In this document: piece by piece, positions 57,147 through 60,730 of the stretch | Position numbering within the stretch: position 1 is the first letter of the stretch | How the letters are laid out: every line of letters starts with the position of its first letter | Source: Fonticula alba ATCC 38817 | Lineage: Eukaryota > Protista > Nucleariida | NCBI GenBank assembly: GCA_000388065.2 | Contig: KB932218.1 | Reading direction: 5' to 3' (one strand) | DNA length: 60,730 bases | Position numbers and translations under genes: made by a program | Notes under the pieces: generated by a model | Database searches by the model: none | Seen by the model: the letters and a program-made list of their open reading frames with translations, nothing else | What the model was told of the DNA's origin: nothing

Positions 57147-59231
57147 ATGTTCGCTTCGAGGGCCGCCGGTCGGGCTCCACGTTTGTGGGTTCCGCCGGCA
57201 TTGCTGCTGGCCGCCCGGCGGGGCGGGTCCTTGCCCGGGCGCGGCACGCCAGCCGCCCGGAGCCCGGCGTCCCCGGAGACAGGGCACATGCATGCGGCCG
57301 CGAGGGCGGCCAGGGCGCCGGCGGGGCTGTCGCCGCTGCACGCGCGGGCCTTCTCCTCGGCCGCCGGGGGCACGGTCACCGAGGTGTCCCGGGCGCTGGC
57401 CAACGGCGGCACGGGGTCCGCCGGGGAGCGCCTCTGCCGGGCCATCGAGGCCGGGGAGGAGCCCCTGCCGCAGGGGTTCGACGATGTGGCGCACTTCCGG
57501 CTTTTTTTGCGGCTCATCGGGGACCCGCAGAAGCACCGGACCCTGACGAACTTGGGCAACATGGGCCGGCTGCTGGGGATGGACCGGGCATCGGTGCTGA
57601 GTCTGCTGGAGCATTATGGCCGGGAGTTTGGCATTGCGCCGGCCCGGCGGCCGCCGGATGTTCCCCTGGCGGAGGTGGGCCCGGGGCATGCGATCTTCGA
57701 GGATATGATGGACCTGGTCCGGCGGGATCCGCCGGTGCTGCTGCCGGTCCTGGGGCACCTGCTGTGCATGCCGGCGCCCTGGGTGGAGGCCATGCTGGCG
57801 GAGCATGCGCCGGACATCCTGGCCAGGCCGGTGTGGGATCGGAACATGTGCATCGGCCGGCTGGGGCACCTGCTGACCGTGGAGCCGGCCCTGTCGAGGG
57901 AGAGCATGGTCATGCTCCTGTCGACCAGCCTGCCGTTGTTGTCCCTGGCGATCGACAAGCACTTCCCGGAGTATGGGGACATGAATGTGCCCAAGATGCC
58001 GGCCGCAAAGTTGGAAGCCCTGCGGGCCGCGCTGCTTGAGGGGATCCGGGTGCCGATGGCCACGCCGACGATGGTCCGCGAGCAGGCCGACGTCAGTGAT
58101 TGGGTCTTCGCGCGGTACGGGCCGGAACTGTGCGCCGAGTACATGGTTCGCCTGCAGGGGGAGCTGCCCCGGGAAAGGGTGGACCAGCTGCGCGGGCTTT
58201 TGCAAGAACGCCGGCACAGCCTGACCGAAATGGCCAAGGCAATGGGGATGTCATCGCGCCTGCTCCGCTGGTACATCAAGTACTACGAGCCGGAGGTGAT
58301 ATTTCCGATCACCGACGACCGGCCGGTGCGGCAGATTACCCGGCCGGAGGGCCTCGGCCGGCTGACGCTGGCCGAGTACACGCGGCGCTTCCTGCCGGCC
58401 ACCTCGCCGGTGCACCAGACCCCGGCCGAGGGGGCTCCGGCCCCGGTGGCCCCGGTGGTGAACTACCGCGTGGCATGCTTCAACCCTCGGGAGCATGGGT
58501 CCGGCCCGGGGGTGCACTTGCAGCTGCTGCACCCGAAGGTGCATCCGGGGCTCCACACCCGGCTGCAAAGTTTGGCCGGGCTGCGGCCCATGCTGTCGAG
58601 GAAGGAGATGTGCGACCGGTCGGGCCTGGCGGAGCAGACGATCTTGAAGTCGATGCCCTTGTTCGAATGGCCGGAGGGCTTTTGGGACTCGCGCCGGGCA
58701 TCCCAAAGGTACGCCCTGGCGGATGAGGACATCCGGCGGCTGCGGCTGCTGGCGAAGCAGGTGCACCCGTCCGGCCGGCGGATGCGCTTCACGGTGCGGG
58801 AGCTGGCCGCGGAGATGGGCCAGCATCCGGATGTGCTGTTCGACATGCTGTACCGGTATGCGCCGGAGTACTTCTTCCTGGCGCTGGGCCCGGAGGCCGG
58901 GTCCGGCCCGGGGGGGATGTACGTGCCGGAGGGGAAGCTGGCCGACCTGGTGGCCGCGGTGCATGGGCAAAAGTTGCGGCCGGTGCTGCACCAGGTGGCG
59001 GCGGACCTGGGCTGCGCCCTGCCGCAGGTGGTGAATTCGCTGCGACTGCACGCTGCTCGACAGGGCGTCCAGTTTATGGCCCCGGACTTCATGCGGCACC
59101 CGGCCTCACGGGCCTTTCACGTGGAGCATATCCTGGCCACATATCCTAACCTGCCATTCTCGAAGGCAAGCCGCCACTTTGAGGATATGCCTGGCCATAT
59201 GTGCTCTCACTGCCGGCTCTTTTTGCTTTGA
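57147..59231 (+). CDS. Intronless 694 aa protein with a predicted mitochondrial presequence and tandem HTH-like repeats
   Basis: N-terminus MFASRAAGRAPRLW...LHARAFSS is Arg/Ala/Ser-rich and nearly free of acidic residues. Strong codon bias follows. Repeats include SLTEMAKAMGMSSRLLRWYIKYYEPE and FTVRELAAEMGQHPDVLFDMLYRYAPE. Confidence 0.85.
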   Translation: MFASRAAGRAPRLWVPPALLLAARRGGSLPGRGTPAARSPASPETGHMHAAARAARAPAGLSPLHARAFSSAAGGTVTEVSRALANGGTGSAGERLCRAIEAGEEPLPQGFDDVAHFRLFLRLIGDPQKHRTLTNLGNMGRLLGMDRASVLSLLEHYGREFGIAPARRPPDVPLAEVGPGHAIFEDMMDLVRRDPPVLLPVLGHLLCMPAPWVEAMLAEHAPDILARPVWDRNMCIGRLGHLLTVEPALSRESMVMLLSTSLPLLSLAIDKHFPEYGDMNVPKMPAAKLEALRAALLEGIRVPMATPTMVREQADVSDWVFARYGPELCAEYMVRLQGELPRERVDQLRGLLQERRHSLTEMAKAMGMSSRLLRWYIKYYEPEVIFPITDDRPVRQITRPEGLGRLTLAEYTRRFLPATSPVHQTPAEGAPAPVAPVVNYRVACFNPREHGSGPGVHLQLLHPKVHPGLHTRLQSLAGLRPMLSRKEMCDRSGLAEQTILKSMPLFEWPEGFWDSRRASQRYALADEDIRRLRLLAKQVHPSGRRMRFTVRELAAEMGQHPDVLFDMLYRYAPEYFFLALGPEAGSGPGGMYVPEGKLADLVAAVHGQKLRPVLHQVAADLGCALPQVVNSLRLHAARQGVQFMAPDFMRHPASRAFHVEHILATYPNLPFSKASRHFEDMPGHMCSHCRLFLL

Positions 59232-59563
59232 GTGAATGTACACCTCTCGACACGGTGCCCCGGTGTGCGGGGGCTTGCGCTCTGCCCAGAGGCGGTGCTG
59301 GACGCGCGCGTGCGTGCGTGTGTGTGTGTGTGGGGGGGGGGGGGGTGCCGTGGCGGCCTTGGCGCCGAGGAGCCTATGTCCCGCATGGGGGGGATGGGCC
59401 GCTCGCTGGCTCGGTGTCTTCTTCGCTCTTGCTGGCGCCGAATGACCCCTCCTCCCCGGGGCCTTGGTTGGTTTTTGTTCGGTGCCGGGGCCGCAACCAT
59501 GCTCGGCAGCGCCCATGGGCGTGCATCTCGCCGGCCATGTTATGCGGGGGACCGACCCGCCGC

Positions 59564-59599
<36 letters not shown>

Positions 59600-60730
59600 G
59601 GGTGGGGGGGGGGGGGGGCATGTGCGAGGGGCCTTTGCCGGATCGTCCTGAACCCCCTGGCGGTGTCTGGGCGTGCGCGCGCGCGCGCGCGTGCGCGGAT
59701 CGCACTCGGCTGTTGGCCTGGGCCTGGGCCATGGGGCCACGGTTGTCGGCCCGGCATGCCAGGCCTGGTGGCGCCCCCCTCCCCCCGGCCGGCCATGCAT
59801 GCCGCCAGCCTCGGCCCTCGGAACGGGAGGGCCCGCGCCGGTCGCCCTTTGTGACATTCGCAGACGTGTGCCATGTGGCGCCCTGTCCAAGAGGCCCGCC
59901 TGCCTTGATGGGGTCCCCGGGGCCCGGGCATGGGGGCACTGGCCGGCGCGGGACTCGGGCCTTACGGGGGTATGGTATTTGCATTGTGCATCAGGGCGCG
60001 AGCTGGTGTTGTGTGGCATCCCCATGAGATCCGGTGGCCTGGGGCTCTCTCTCTGTCTCTCTCTCTCTCTCTGTGAGTATGTGTGTAGTTGCGCCAACAT
60101 ATGCGGGTGCCGCCGAGCGGGGCGAGTCAAGTGCGTGCCGGCCCTGCGCCGGGTCGGTGGGTGACCGCCGTCTCCCGGCCGAGGGGGTGTGGGCCGTGCC
60201 GCGAGGGCCGAAGCATCGGCCCATGCGAGGAGGCAGGGGAAGCTCCCTCGTGATGCGGGCGGACAAAGGTGTGCTCTGTCATGGGTCCGCGCGCGGGCAC
60301 ACCGCCGGTCCGGGCTGACGGAGACGCCGCTGGGCGCGGCCCTCGACACAGCGCTTGATTGGTGTGCTTCGAGAGGGGCATGGCTGGGCCCTTCATAGGG
60401 GCCATAAGACGCATGCCGCCTGGGGTTATGGTTATGGGGAATAGTGGGGCTCGAGTGTCCCTTTCGCGGGAGAAGCGCGCCAGCCGGCACCCGGGCAGCA
60501 GAGGGCGTGCCGACCGGGGTCCCACCGTCGGGCCGATGGGGGTGCTCTCTGCCGGACACCGGGCCTCGGCATGGTGGTGCGGAGGTGGCTGTGGCATGCC
60601 TCTGCCCGACTGGTGGGCGTGGCCTTTTCACGATGTCGGCCGCGGGAGCTGGAACGCCCGCTGGCCGGGCCCGGGGCTGGTACTTGGCCATGACGGCGCC
60701 CGGCCCGTCGGTCTCGGGAGCGGGGGGGGG

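Overview
GC-rich, intron-containing eukaryotic DNA from a draft assembly with 8 N-gaps, several beside poly-G/poly-C or (CA)n runs. Style and gene content suggest the aggregative amoeba Fonticula alba or a relative (inference only). Most ORFs in the supplied track are spurious GC-rich frames. Real content, left to right: a TFIIIC tau95/GTF3C5 gene whose exons are out of order around a MOG1 gene; QTRT1; DNPEP (minus); a SNF5/Sfh1-family gene; two paralogous intronless secreted Cys-rich proteins (minus) with matching TATA boxes; a ~10.8 kb receptor kinase gene (signal peptide, FG-GAP Ca-binding motifs, furin-like Cys repeats, TM helix, Ser/Thr-type kinase) divergent from them; a ~7 kb gene-poor stretch; divergent tRNA-Lys(CTT) and tRNA-Trp(CCA); a 10-exon ~875 aa protein I cannot assign; another gene-poor stretch; and an intronless 694 aa protein with a mitochondrial-type presequence and tandem helix-turn-helix repeats. 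Best novelty candidates: the Cys-rich-protein/receptor-kinase cluster, the multi-HTH mitochondrial protein, the scrambled tau95 exons (probably misassembly) and the +4C 5' splice-site consensus.
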